Source: Actinomycetota bacterium
GTDB taxonomy: Bacteria > Actinomycetota > Acidimicrobiia > Acidimicrobiales > Aldehydirespiratoraceae
DNA length: 64,000 nucleotides
NCBI GenBank assembly: GCA_029979265.1
Contig: JAPOHW010000014.1
Location: forward strand, 22,552 to 86,551
Direction: 5' to 3'
Shown here: piece by piece, positions 29,617 through 39,344 of the stretch
Position numbering within the stretch: position 1 is the first letter of the stretch
Layout: each line of letters opens with the position of its first letter
Notes under the pieces: model-generated
Databases searched by the model: none
What the model was told of the DNA's origin: nothing
The model's input: the letters and a program-made list of their open reading frames with translations, nothing else
Position numbers and translations under genes: made by a program

Positions 29617-31905
29617 ATGAAGACCATCCCCGCAACCGCCGCCGTCGTCGCCGACCGTTCTCTGGTCGGAACGGCGCTGGCGGCGGCGTACACCGCTGAA
29701 GTCGACAGCTGGTTGCGCTCGGTGATCGACGAAGTCGGTGATCTTCCCGGCTTCGCCCTCGCCGCAGTCGGAGGCTATGGCCGCGGTGACCTCAGCCCTG
29801 GCTCCGATCTCGACCTTCTGCTCGTGTGTCAATTCGAGGGTTCGGCCGCAGGGGTTGCCGAGCGCATCTGGTACCCGATCTGGGATTCGGGCATGAAGCT
29901 CGGCCATGCCGTTCGCACGGTCGACGAGGCCCTCGATCTCGCGGCGAAGGATCTCGACACGGCGACATCGCTTCTCGAGATTCGCTGCCTCGGTGGCAGC
30001 GAGACGCTCGTCGACGACCTGCGGCGACGTGCCCTCACGCAGTGGCGAGACAACCGCGACGGCATGCTCGATCAACTGACCGTGCGTTGCCGTGAACGGC
30101 ATGCGTCGTCCGGTGAGCTCGCCTTCCTCCTCGAACCCGACCTCAAGCTCTCCCAGGGGGGACTGCGCGACCTCCACACGCTTCGGTGGATCGACCTCGC
30201 CGACCCTGAACTTCTCGAGGACAGCGAACGTCAGGCGCTCGACTGGCCCCACCATGTCTTGCTGTCGGCCCGCATCGAGCTCCATCGTTCGACGGGTCGA
30301 GCCAACAACCAACTCCTGCTGCAGGAGCAGGACGAAATCGCCGAACGCCTCGGCTACGGCGACGCCGACGACCTGATGGCCGATGTGACCACCGCGGGCC
30401 GGACCGTGCAGGGCATCCAGGATGCGGTGTTGCATCGCATCCATCTTCGGGGCCAGCGTCGTCGCCGACTGCGCAAGACCCGAGAGCTGGGACATGGCAT
30501 CGAGCTTGCCGACGACGCAGTGCGACTCGCCTCCGATGCCGATGCCAGCGACCCGATCATGCCGCTTCGCATCGCGCTCCACGCAGCACGCCACGACGCG
30601 TTCATCGAGCGTGATGTGCTCGATCGCATCGCCGAGGAAGGCACTGCGCTGCCCGACCCGTGGCCCGACGAGGCTCGCGATCTTTTCGTCGATCTGCTGC
30701 TCACCGGCCACGACATGATTCGAGTGATGGAGGCGCTCGACCAGGTCGACCTCCTCACACGGCTCATCCCCGAGTGGGCGCCCAATCGCCACCGACCGCA
30801 GCGCAACGCCTATCACCGCTTCACGGTCGATCGTCATCTGCTCGAGGCCGCCGCAGAGGCAGCCGAACTCGTCGACCGGGTCGAGCGGCCCGACCTGCTG
30901 GTGCTCGGTGGCCTCTTTCACGACATCGGGAAGGGCTATCCGGGCGATCACAGCGAGGTTGGCGTCGGGCTGGTCAACACGATCGCCCTACGCATGGGGT
31001 ATCCGCCCGAGGACGTCGAGATCCTGGAGGCGTTGGTGCGTCACCATCTGCTGTTGCCCGATCTTGCCGCCCGCCGTGATCTTGAGGACATCGGCACGAT
31101 CATCGCGGTGGCCGATGCGGTCGGTTCGGTCGGTACCACCGAATTGCTTGCTGCGTTGACCGAGGCCGACTCGATCGCCACCAGCAAGTCGGCGTGGGGT
31201 GGGTGGAAAGCCGAACTCGTCAACGACCTTGCCACCCGAGTCGTCGCCTATCTGCGCGGAGAGCACGAGGAACATGCGGAGTCGGTCTTCCCGTCCGACG
31301 TTCTGCTCGAGCGAGCATCATCGGGCCAACAGCTGGTAGAGATCGAGGGCAACCTCATCACGATCGTCACGCCAGATCGCCCGGGTGTGTTCAGCCGGGT
31401 GGCGGGCGCGTTGGCGTTGCACGGCATCGACATTCTCGATGCCAACCTCACCACCGCAGGTCACATGGCGATCGACGAGATTCGCGTCGAGGGGGGCGTC
31501 GCCCTCCATGAACGGCCCGAGGCTGTCACCCGCGACATCGACCGTGCCCTTCGCCGCGAACTCGCGATCACCGCTCGGCTGCTGCGGCGGGCCAAGTCGT
31601 ATCGCTTCCAGCGGGTGACGACGGCGCGTCCGGCGGACCCCAGAGTGATCGTCGACAACGACATCTCTGCCATCGCAACGGTCCTCGAGGTGCGAGGACC
31701 TGACTCGATCGGCTTTTTGTACCGAGTGACCCGGGCATTCGTGGAGCTCGACCTCGACATCACTCGGGCGAAGGTCCAGACACTCGGTGCCGACGTGGTC
31801 GACACCTTCTATGTGCGAGGCCCGAGCGGCACGAAGGTCACCGATCCCGACTACCTTGCAGAAATCGAACTCGCTGTGCTGTCGGCCATCGGCGCCGACG
31901 CCTGA
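29617..31905 (+). CDS. glnD: [protein-PII] uridylyl/adenylyltransferase
   Basis: AVGGYGR...SDLD, EPDLK...GGLRD, HRFTVDRH, HDIGKG, two C-terminal ACT domains. Confidence 0.95.
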   Translation: MKTIPATAAVVADRSLVGTALAAAYTAEVDSWLRSVIDEVGDLPGFALAAVGGYGRGDLSPGSDLDLLLVCQFEGSAAGVAERIWYPIWDSGMKLGHAVRTVDEALDLAAKDLDTATSLLEIRCLGGSETLVDDLRRRALTQWRDNRDGMLDQLTVRCRERHASSGELAFLLEPDLKLSQGGLRDLHTLRWIDLADPELLEDSERQALDWPHHVLLSARIELHRSTGRANNQLLLQEQDEIAERLGYGDADDLMADVTTAGRTVQGIQDAVLHRIHLRGQRRRRLRKTRELGHGIELADDAVRLASDADASDPIMPLRIALHAARHDAFIERDVLDRIAEEGTALPDPWPDEARDLFVDLLLTGHDMIRVMEALDQVDLLTRLIPEWAPNRHRPQRNAYHRFTVDRHLLEAAAEAAELVDRVERPDLLVLGGLFHDIGKGYPGDHSEVGVGLVNTIALRMGYPPEDVEILEALVRHHLLLPDLAARRDLEDIGTIIAVADAVGSVGTTELLAALTEADSIATSKSAWGGWKAELVNDLATRVVAYLRGEHEEHAESVFPSDVLLERASSGQQLVEIEGNLITIVTPDRPGVFSRVAGALALHGIDILDANLTTAGHMAIDEIRVEGGVALHERPEAVTRDIDRALRRELAITARLLRRAKSYRFQRVTTARPADPRVIVDNDISAIATVLEVRGPDSIGFLYRVTRAFVELDLDITRAKVQTLGADVVDTFYVRGPSGTKVTDPDYLAEIELAVLSAIGADA

Positions 31906-31923
31906 TGTGCTGCCACGATCTCC

Positions 31924-32619
31924 ATGAACGACCGCCCTGCCACCGAACGAGAACTGCTGCGGTGGGCGGAGGCGTTGTCGGCCACTGCGATCACGGGGCT
32001 CGGTTTCACCGACAATCTGTACGAACGGGAGCGTTTCGAGCAGGTACTCGAGATCGCGGCCGACATTCGTGCCCACGTGTCGGGTGGACTCGATCCGAGT
32101 CGTCAGGTGCAGGAGTGGCTTGACCGCATCGGGAGTGGGGTCGCGGGCTATCAGACACCGAAGATCACCGTTGGCGCCGTTGTGGGCAACGACGACGGCG
32201 AACTGCTCATGGTGAAGCGAGCCGATTCCGGTGTCTGGCTGTACCCGACCGGGTGGGCCGACATCGGATACTCACCAGCCGAAGTCGTGATGAAGGAGGT
32301 GAAGGAGGAGACCGGCATCGAGTGTGATGTTGTGCGGCCGATTGCCGTCCTCGACGGTCAACGTCGCGGGTTCACCCGCATCCCGCTCGTCTCCCTCGTC
32401 TTTCACTGTCGAGCCACGGGTGGCGTGCTCGAACCTCACCCGCTCGAGTGTGCCGATGTCGGCTTCTTCGCCGAACATTCGCTTCCGGAGCCGACGGTCG
32501 GTGTCGACCTGTGGGCCGAACATGCATTCCGAGCGATCCGGGGCGAAGATGTGCCCGTCTTGTTCGATTCGCCCCGCGATCCTGTCTGGAGGGGTGACCC
32601 CATGTTGGAGATCGAGTGA
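31924..32619 (+). CDS. NUDIX hydrolase with N-terminal helical domain
   Basis: GYQTPK, GWADIGYSPAEVVMKEVKEETG Nudix box. Confidence 0.88.
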   Translation: MNDRPATERELLRWAEALSATAITGLGFTDNLYERERFEQVLEIAADIRAHVSGGLDPSRQVQEWLDRIGSGVAGYQTPKITVGAVVGNDDGELLMVKRADSGVWLYPTGWADIGYSPAEVVMKEVKEETGIECDVVRPIAVLDGQRRGFTRIPLVSLVFHCRATGGVLEPHPLECADVGFFAEHSLPEPTVGVDLWAEHAFRAIRGEDVPVLFDSPRDPVWRGDPMLEIE

Positions 32620-33449
32620 CCGTTACGGCAACCATCGACCACGGAACGACGCGCGACGGACTGATCCAGCTCCGACGCCGCTGGAGCCCGTCCGGTCCAG
32701 CCACGGCGACGGCGCTGCTGGTTCACGGGATGGGTGAGCACAGTGGCCGTTACGAGCATGTCGGAACTCGACTCGCCGAGCGCGGGATCGACACGGTTGC
32801 GATCGACAACCGGGGTTACGGCCAATCGGGGGGGAAGCGGGCCTTCGTCGCCGATTGGGAGCACTTTCACAACGACATCGAGGACCAACTGGCCGAGATC
32901 CGCTCGCTCGGGCTGCCGACGGTGCTGATCGGTCACTCGCTCGGTGGTCTGATGGCCGTCGGGTACTGCGGCTCCAGCCGTCCACAGCCCGACGCACTGA
33001 TCGTGTCGGGTCCTGCGCTCGCGGCAGAGCTTGACGGTCGGGCGAAGACGCTTGTCACCCTCGGCCCGGCCATCCGTCGCTTCGCGCCTGGATATGAACA
33101 TCGCGATGCGTGGGACGCGACCGTCTACGCCGAGGATGTCTCGGTCGGGGAGCGGTTCATGGAAGATCCGCTGCGCGTCGACTTTGTGACGATCTCCTTG
33201 GCCCTCGAGTCGATCGATGCGATCCGTCGGGCCCGGGCCTCGGTCGGAGACATCGACATCCCGGTCCTGTGCGTCCACGGGGCCAAGGACAAGCTGGTTC
33301 CGGTCCGGGCGTCGGAGATTCTGTCGACGGTGCCGGGCGCGAGGCGCATCGTGTACGACCACCTCGGCCATGAGGTCTTCAACGAGCCGGAAGGGCTCGA
33401 CATCGTCGACATCTGCGCCGAGTGGGCGGTCGACGTGCTTGGCGTCTGA
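32616..33449 (+). CDS. alpha/beta hydrolase, lysophospholipase family
   Basis: HGMGEHSGRY, GHSLGG, HEVFNE. Confidence 0.9.
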   Translation: MTVTATIDHGTTRDGLIQLRRRWSPSGPATATALLVHGMGEHSGRYEHVGTRLAERGIDTVAIDNRGYGQSGGKRAFVADWEHFHNDIEDQLAEIRSLGLPTVLIGHSLGGLMAVGYCGSSRPQPDALIVSGPALAAELDGRAKTLVTLGPAIRRFAPGYEHRDAWDATVYAEDVSVGERFMEDPLRVDFVTISLALESIDAIRRARASVGDIDIPVLCVHGAKDKLVPVRASEILSTVPGARRIVYDHLGHEVFNEPEGLDIVDICAEWAVDVLGV

Positions 33450-33452
33450 CGC

Positions 33453-34322
33453 TCAGTCGACGTCGCGAAGGAACTCCTCGACCTCGGCGACCAGAAGTTC
33501 TGGGTCGTCGTCGAGGTTGTCGGCGTCGTCGAGGTCCCACGCCTCCTCGAGGTCGCGAACGTACTCGAGGGTGTCGTCGTCTTCGGTGACGAGTTCGTCC
33601 ACCTGGCGCTCATAGGCGGCAGCGGCGATCTCGAGGTCGGTGACGAAGACGCTGGTACCGAGGAGTTCGCAGACCTTGTGCACCAGGGCCAGGCCCGCTT
33701 TCGGGGATGGGGCGCCCGGAACGTATGACGGGACAGCGGCCCAGAACGACGCAGTGGGGAAGCCGGCTGCGGCGGCTTCGGTGGAGAGGACACCGACGAT
33801 GCCGGTCGGTCCTTCGTAGCTCGACGGTGCGAGGTCGAGTTGGCTCATCAGTACCGGGTCGTCGGTGGCCCCGTAGATCTCCACGGGCCGAGTGTGCGGC
33901 ACGTCGGCCAGGAGTGCCCCGAGGGTGACGATTCGGCTGGCTCCGATCTGGCGAGCGGCAGCGACGACCTGTTCGCAGAACGTGCGCCACCGCAGTTGCG
34001 GTTCGAGGCCGAGCAGTACCGCGATGTCGTGGCCGCTCGACGGTGCCCGCCCGACGAGGAGTTCGTTCTCGGGCCAGGTGATCGAGCGGTTGCGGTCTTC
34101 GTCGAGGTGAACGAGCGGCCGGGTGGTACTGAAGTCGTAATAGCGTTCGGGGTCGATCAGTGCGAGCGGGGTGGCGTCGAACCGTTCGGCGAGGTGGCGT
34201 GCTGCGATCGTTGCGGCGTCGCCGGCGTCATTCCAGCCCTCGAACGCAACGACGAGAACAGGGTCACGAAGATCGGGTGTGGGGCGGAGCCACTTCAGAT
34301 CGTCGGCAGAGTTCTCGGCCAC
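33453..34322 (-). CDS. PAC2 family (proteasome assembly chaperone-like) protein
   Basis: AFEGWNDAG, EPQLRW, PHTRP, YEGPTGI, acidic tail EVEEFLR. Confidence 0.9.
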   Translation of the reverse strand: MAENSADDLKWLRPTPDLRDPVLVVAFEGWNDAGDAATIAARHLAERFDATPLALIDPERYYDFSTTRPLVHLDEDRNRSITWPENELLVGRAPSSGHDIAVLLGLEPQLRWRTFCEQVVAAARQIGASRIVTLGALLADVPHTRPVEIYGATDDPVLMSQLDLAPSSYEGPTGIVGVLSTEAAAAGFPTASFWAAVPSYVPGAPSPKAGLALVHKVCELLGTSVFVTDLEIAAAAYERQVDELVTEDDDTLEYVRDLEEAWDLDDADNLDDDPELLVAEVEEFLRDVD

Positions 34323-34377
34323 CGAATCAAGCTATCGGCGTGTCGATCGAACCAATCGGCGGATCGGTTCGGCGGGG

Positions 34378-34827
34378 TCAGGATCCGGTGGACAGGTCGG
34401 GCTTGTGGTACCGGTAGACGTTGGTGTCTCGTGCCTCGAACCCGATGCGCTGATAGAGGCGATTCGCCGCCTCACGCGATGGACGAGAGGTCAGATCGAC
34501 GGTGATCGCCCCCTGGCCGAAGGCATGTTCGATGGCTGCTTCGTTGAGGAGCCGACCGACGCCCTTTCCGCGTGCTGCGTCGTCGACGATGACGTCTTCG
34601 ATCCATGCCCGAATACCGGTCGGGATGGGGAACACGACGAGGGTCAGGACGCCAACGATGCCGGTCTCGTCGGAGGCGACGAAGAACGAGTTCGCCTCAT
34701 GGCGGCACACACGGTCGAGTTCGTCGAACGACGGTGGCGGATTCGACGACGACAGTTGCGGCACCAGACGCTGCATTGCGGCATGGAGATCGTCGGATGC
34801 TCCGGTTGCGATGGTGACGTCGACCAT
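34378..34827 (-). CDS. GNAT family N-acetyltransferase
   Basis: WIEDVIVD..ARGKGVG, LTSRPSREAAN.LY. Confidence 0.9.
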   Translation of the reverse strand: MVDVTIATGASDDLHAAMQRLVPQLSSSNPPPSFDELDRVCRHEANSFFVASDETGIVGVLTLVVFPIPTGIRAWIEDVIVDDAARGKGVGRLLNEAAIEHAFGQGAITVDLTSRPSREAANRLYQRIGFEARDTNVYRYHKPDLSTGS

Positions 34828-34888
34828 GCCGCCACGGTATTACGCCGGGAGGGGCGTCGGTCGTTCCTCGCAGGAACAAACCGACGGA

Positions 34889-36190
34889 TCATGCCGGCAC
34901 GAGCCGGACGACAGCCCCAGACAGCGACAGCGCGACCAACTCGCCGTTCGGATCGACACTGAAGTCGACGAGCTTCCCACCCGGCATGGAGATGTCGAGG
35001 TCGACGAAGACGACCTCGCCGGAGGCGACCGAGATGGCCCACAGGTCCGAGGTGCAGTAGTCGCCGAAGACGTACGCACCGACGAGGCCGGGAATTGCAT
35101 CGCCGCGATACACCTCGCCGCCGGTGATGCTGCAGCCACCGACCTCGCCGGTGTGGCTGTAGACGAACACCGGGTCGACGTTGCCCTCGGGGCGTTCACC
35201 CCGAAATGCTTCGGTGCCCTCCCGGAGATTCCAGCCGAGGTTTGTGCCGAGCCCCCACCCGTTTGCACCGAGGAGGAGGGTGACCTCTTCCCAGTGGTCC
35301 TGCCCGACGTCGGCGATCCAGAAGTCGCCGGTTGCACTGTCGAACGACATCCGCCATGGGTTCCGGACGCCGATCAGAAAGGTCTCGGGAATACCACCCT
35401 CGCCAGCAAACGGGTTGTCCGTCGGGATCGCATAGGGCCCGCTGGGCGCGGCAGGTGTCGGGTCGATCCGGAGAATCGTTCCGAGCGCGGTTCCGGGATC
35501 TTGGCCGGCTCCAAGGGGATCGCCCGAGCCGCCTCCGTCCCCCACCCCGACGTACAAGTGTCCGTCGGGTCCGATCGCAAGGGCCCCGCCGTTGTGGTTG
35601 CCGAAGGGCTGCTCGAGGGTCAGCAGCACCACGCGCTGGCCGGGTCGGCCGGTTTCGTCGAGCAGGAACGCCTCGATGCGGGTGTCACCACGCCGGTCGG
35701 TGTAGTTGACGTAGAGCGCGTCGTCGTCGATTGCGAGGCCGAGGAGTCCCCGCTCGCCGCCGCTGCTGGTCTCGTCGTCGAGATCGAGCACGGTATCGCC
35801 GACCGTGCCGCTGTCGGGATCGACGACGATGACCCGGCCGGCCCGTTCGGCGATCCACCACTCGCCGTTGGGTGCGACCACGGCGTCGATCGGCGACTCG
35901 AGTTCGACGACCCGTTCGATCGTGAGATCGACACTGCGGAATGCGGCGGTGTCGGCTGCGTCTGAGCGGGCGGCGGTCGCTGCTGCTGCATCTGCGGGCT
36001 CGTCGATCGACGGCTCGGCGTCGCCCGTGTCGGCGCGGTCGCCGCTGAGTCCCTCGGCCCCGTCGGCCGCCACGGTGACCTGAGGCACGGTGGTGTTGAC
36101 GGTGAGGGAAGCGAAGCCTGGCTCGTCGTCGGCGCCGCAGGCGATGGCGAGCACCATGGTCGCAGCGAGGACAGCAGCGAGGCGCCTCAC
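34889..36190 (-). CDS. PQQ-dependent sugar dehydrogenase family (GSDH) lipoprotein
   Basis: lipobox AIAC, ERGLLGLA, NHNGG, GVRNPWR, DVGQ..WEEV, SITGG. Confidence 0.88.
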   Translation of the reverse strand: MRRLAAVLAATMVLAIACGADDEPGFASLTVNTTVPQVTVAADGAEGLSGDRADTGDAEPSIDEPADAAAATAARSDAADTAAFRSVDLTIERVVELESPIDAVVAPNGEWWIAERAGRVIVVDPDSGTVGDTVLDLDDETSSGGERGLLGLAIDDDALYVNYTDRRGDTRIEAFLLDETGRPGQRVVLLTLEQPFGNHNGGALAIGPDGHLYVGVGDGGGSGDPLGAGQDPGTALGTILRIDPTPAAPSGPYAIPTDNPFAGEGGIPETFLIGVRNPWRMSFDSATGDFWIADVGQDHWEEVTLLLGANGWGLGTNLGWNLREGTEAFRGERPEGNVDPVFVYSHTGEVGGCSITGGEVYRGDAIPGLVGAYVFGDYCTSDLWAISVASGEVVFVDLDISMPGGKLVDFSVDPNGELVALSLSGAVVRLVPA

Positions 36191-37032
36191 GACGGACCGA
36201 TACGCCGGATGAGCCCTTCCTGCACGACGTTGGCGATCAATCGTCCGTCGCGCGTGAACACTCGACCGGTGGCGAGGCCGCGCCCGCCGCTGGCCGACGG
36301 CGTGTGCTGGTCGTAGAGCAACCATTCGTCGGCACGAAACGGCCCGTGGAACCACATCGCGTGGTCGAGGCTCGCCATCATCAGCTCCCCTTCGGGTGGG
36401 CGCCCATGGGGGAGAAGCGAGCTGTCGAGCAGGGTCATGTCGGATGCGTACGTGAGCAGGCAGGTGTGCAGCACGGGCCCGTCGGGAAGCTCACCGTTGG
36501 TTCGGAGCCACACCTGCTGGGTGGGTGGTTCCGGACCGGTCCGCTGGAGGGGGTCGGTGGTGACGTAGCGCATGTCGATCGCACTCGGCCCCCAGCGGTC
36601 GTCAAGACCTGCGGCTGCGAACCGTTGCTCACGGGTCGGGAGCTCCTCGGGGCCGACCACAACGGGCATCGGGTCGCTGTGGGAATAGCCAGGTTCGTTC
36701 ACGTGGAACGAGGCCGACATGTGAAAGATGGCCCGGCCGTGTTGGATGGCTACGACGCGCCGGGTCGTGAACGACCGACCGTCCCGTATGCGGTCGACCT
36801 CGTACAACACCGGAACACTGGGGTCACCAGGGCGCAAGAAGTAGGCGTGGAGGGAGTGGACGGGACGGTCGTCGTCGACGGTTCGCGCTGCCGCGACCAG
36901 CGCCTGCCCGGCCACCTGACCGCCGAAGATTCGCTGGCGATCCTCGTCGGGATTGACGCCGCGGAAGATGTTGACCTCGATCGACTCCAGGTCCAACAGA
37001 TCGACGAGAGCGTCGACGAGGGCTTGCTGCAT
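36187..37032 (-). CDS. tesB: acyl-CoA thioesterase II
   Basis: IFGGQVAGQA, HSLHAYFLRPG, RDGRSF, YASD, ASLDHAMWFH, QEG. Confidence 0.93.
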   Translation of the reverse strand: MQQALVDALVDLLDLESIEVNIFRGVNPDEDRQRIFGGQVAGQALVAAARTVDDDRPVHSLHAYFLRPGDPSVPVLYEVDRIRDGRSFTTRRVVAIQHGRAIFHMSASFHVNEPGYSHSDPMPVVVGPEELPTREQRFAAAGLDDRWGPSAIDMRYVTTDPLQRTGPEPPTQQVWLRTNGELPDGPVLHTCLLTYASDMTLLDSSLLPHGRPPEGELMMASLDHAMWFHGPFRADEWLLYDQHTPSASGGRGLATGRVFTRDGRLIANVVQEGLIRRIGPS

Positions 37033-37085
37033 AACGTCAGTCTGCCCGCTCTGGGCGGTGAGTCGGAGTCGACCGGGCCGACGCG

Positions 37086-37565
37086 ATGGTGGTGACAGTA
37101 ACCTGCACGCTCGTGGCACCGACGATCGCACCGAGCAGGAACTTCATCGCCGAGCACGGCGAGAAGCTGTTGCGGTACTGCGGTGTGTCGCTCGTCAACG
37201 TGGTCTTCGGACAGGGACTCCTTGCGCTGTGTCTCGCCGTGCTCGGGTTGGGCGGGGTGGTGTCGCAGGTGATCGCGGCAAGTGTGTCGGCGATACCTGC
37301 CTACCTCCTCAGCCGCCGGTGGGTATGGAAGCAGCGTGGCCCCGATTCCCTGCGCGCCGAGGTGCTGCCGTTCTGGGTCATGGCGCTCGTCGGCCTGGCG
37401 TTCGCCGTGTCGGCCATCGCCGTGATGGAGCGGTTCACCGAGTCGACGCTCGTACTGATGGCCACCAGCCTGGCTGCCTATGGGGTGGTGTGGGTCGCCA
37501 AGTACGTGGTGCTCGACAAGATCATGTGGCACACGCCGTCCAGTGCCGATACCTCCTCGGCCTGA
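37086..37565 (+). CDS. GtrA family small membrane protein
   Basis: four TM segments, LRY..VS, RRWVW, KYVVLD. Confidence 0.75.
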   Translation: MVVTVTCTLVAPTIAPSRNFIAEHGEKLLRYCGVSLVNVVFGQGLLALCLAVLGLGGVVSQVIAASVSAIPAYLLSRRWVWKQRGPDSLRAEVLPFWVMALVGLAFAVSAIAVMERFTESTLVLMATSLAAYGVVWVAKYVVLDKIMWHTPSSADTSSA

Positions 37566-37572
37566 CGTGGTG

Positions 37573-38202
37573 ATGCACGCAACGCTGCTCGCCCATGCCG
37601 AGGCCGCCCGAGGCTTCATGCCGCCCGACGAGGGGTTGGCGTTGTTCGAAGCAGCAGAAGCGGTGGACGTGGGGGGCCCGTTTCTCGAGGTCGGCAGCTA
37701 CTGCGGCAAGTCCGCGGTGTACCTCGGTGCGGCTGCGCAGGCGGCTGGTCGTGTGTTGTTCGCGTTGGACCATCACCGAGGGAGCGAGGAGAACCAGGCC
37801 GGGTGGGAGCACCACGAACCCGATCTTGTCGATCCTTCGATCGACAAGATGGACACCTTGCCGATCTTTCGTCGCACGATCCACGATGCGGGACTCGAAG
37901 GCACCGTCGTCGCACTCGTTGGTGATTCGCCGACCGTTGGCTCGATTTGGCAGATCCCGTTGGCCCTACTTTTCATCGATGGCGGCCATGGCAGCGAACC
38001 CGCCCATCGTGACTACGAGACATGGGTACCTCACGTGGCACTGGGCGGCACGCTGCTGATCCACGACGTGTTCCCCGACCCGGCTGACGGCGGCCGGCCA
38101 CCGTTCGAGATCTACTGCCGCGCCATGGAGTCCGGGGCGTTTCGCGAGGTCGCCGTCACCGGCTCGCTGCGCCGACTCGAGCGGATCGCCGGCGGGATCT
38201 GA
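37573..38202 (+). CDS. class I SAM methyltransferase resembling MMP 1-O-methyltransferase MeT1
   Basis: GFMPPDEG, EVGSYCGKS, DHHRGSEE.Q.GWE.H, FIDGGH, HDVFPDP.DGG match my recollection of mycobacterial MeT1. Confidence 0.8.
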   Translation: MHATLLAHAEAARGFMPPDEGLALFEAAEAVDVGGPFLEVGSYCGKSAVYLGAAAQAAGRVLFALDHHRGSEENQAGWEHHEPDLVDPSIDKMDTLPIFRRTIHDAGLEGTVVALVGDSPTVGSIWQIPLALLFIDGGHGSEPAHRDYETWVPHVALGGTLLIHDVFPDPADGGRPPFEIYCRAMESGAFREVAVTGSLRRLERIAGGI

Positions 38203-38270
38203 TCACGTCCTCGGAGACCGGAACGCGCTGCGACGCGTTTCGCCTTGTTGGATCCGTCGAATGCCGTTGG

Positions 38271-39344
38271 TCAGTCGAGGACGGACACGTCGGTGTCGAC
38301 CGGGTCGATGTCGATGATCGGGGGGAGGAAGGAGTGGTCCGCGAACAGGCGGGCCGCCGGACTCGTGCCCTCGATCGCCTCGGCGCAGAGCACGACGGCG
38401 GCGGCGCTGTAGGTCGATCGCTCGTCGGTGGGGAAGAGAATGCGCTCGGGGTGGACGATGCCGGTGATGTACTTGCCGTCGTGTTCCCGGGTTGCCTGGG
38501 CGGCTCGGAACAACTCGATGGCGATCTCGCGCTCACCGACGCCCAGGTGGGCCAGCGCACACTCACAGGTCTCGGCGGTGGTGATCCAGGGTCGATCGCT
38601 GACACAGCGGATGCCCTTGTCCTCGAGGTTGAAGGTGTCGAAGCGTGCGGCAAGGTGCGCTCGCCCCGCCTCGCCGGAGATCACGCCGGAGAGGACCGGG
38701 TAGTACCAGTCCATCGCCCAACGATGCTTCGGTGAGAATGCGTCGGCTCGCTCGTGTCGGATGGCGTGGGCGAGTTGGCCGAGGGAGAGTTCCCAGTCGG
38801 GTCGCTCCTGCCCGAGTTCCTGGGCGATGGCGATGCCGCAGCGCAGTGAATGGGCGATCGATGATGATCCGGTGAGCAGGGCGAACGACCACGGTGTGCC
38901 GTCGGGGTGACGGGCCCACAGGATCTCACCGCGTGGTTGTTGCAGGTCGAGGACGAACTCGATGGCGCTGTCCACCACCGGCCACATCGACTCGATGAAC
39001 CCCTGATCGCGGTAGAGCAGGAAGTGATGCCAGGCACCCGCAGCGATGTAGGCGATGACGTTGGCATCGAGCTTGTCCTGCTCGACCTCGTGTTCGAGGT
39101 AGTACTGGTGCCAGGATCCGTCGGGACGTTGGATGTCGACGAGCCACTGGTAGGCCGACTCGGCTTCGTCGCGATGCTCGCCGATCGCAAGCGCCATTGC
39201 GGCCTCGACGTGATTCCACGGGTCGGCGTGGCCGCCGGGGAACCACGGGATCATGCCCGACGGCAGCTGCCAGTCGGCGATGTGGGCCGCAGTGTCGCGG
39301 ATCTGGGCGGCGGTGATCAGGCCGGGGAGGTCAGGAGCCGGCAT
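38271..39344 (-). CDS. (alpha/alpha)6-type protein usually annotated 'prenyltransferase'; probable MMP hydrolase (MmpH-like)
   Basis: IPWFPGGHADPWNHVE, QRPDGSW, ALLTGSSS, MDWYYPVL, DRPWITTAETCE; gene context. Confidence 0.7.
   Translation of the reverse strand: MPAPDLPGLITAAQIRDTAAHIADWQLPSGMIPWFPGGHADPWNHVEAAMALAIGEHRDEAESAYQWLVDIQRPDGSWHQYYLEHEVEQDKLDANVIAYIAAGAWHHFLLYRDQGFIESMWPVVDSAIEFVLDLQQPRGEILWARHPDGTPWSFALLTGSSSIAHSLRCGIAIAQELGQERPDWELSLGQLAHAIRHERADAFSPKHRWAMDWYYPVLSGVISGEAGRAHLAARFDTFNLEDKGIRCVSDRPWITTAETCECALAHLGVGEREIAIELFRAAQATREHDGKYITGIVHPERILFPTDERSTYSAAAVVLCAEAIEGTSPAARLFADHSFLPPIIDIDPVDTDVSVLD

Noticed and set aside
38271-39344. Terpene cyclase/prenyltransferase call
   Set aside because: No DxDD or DDxxD motif seen; context with a GT4 and methyltransferases favours a glycoside hydrolase
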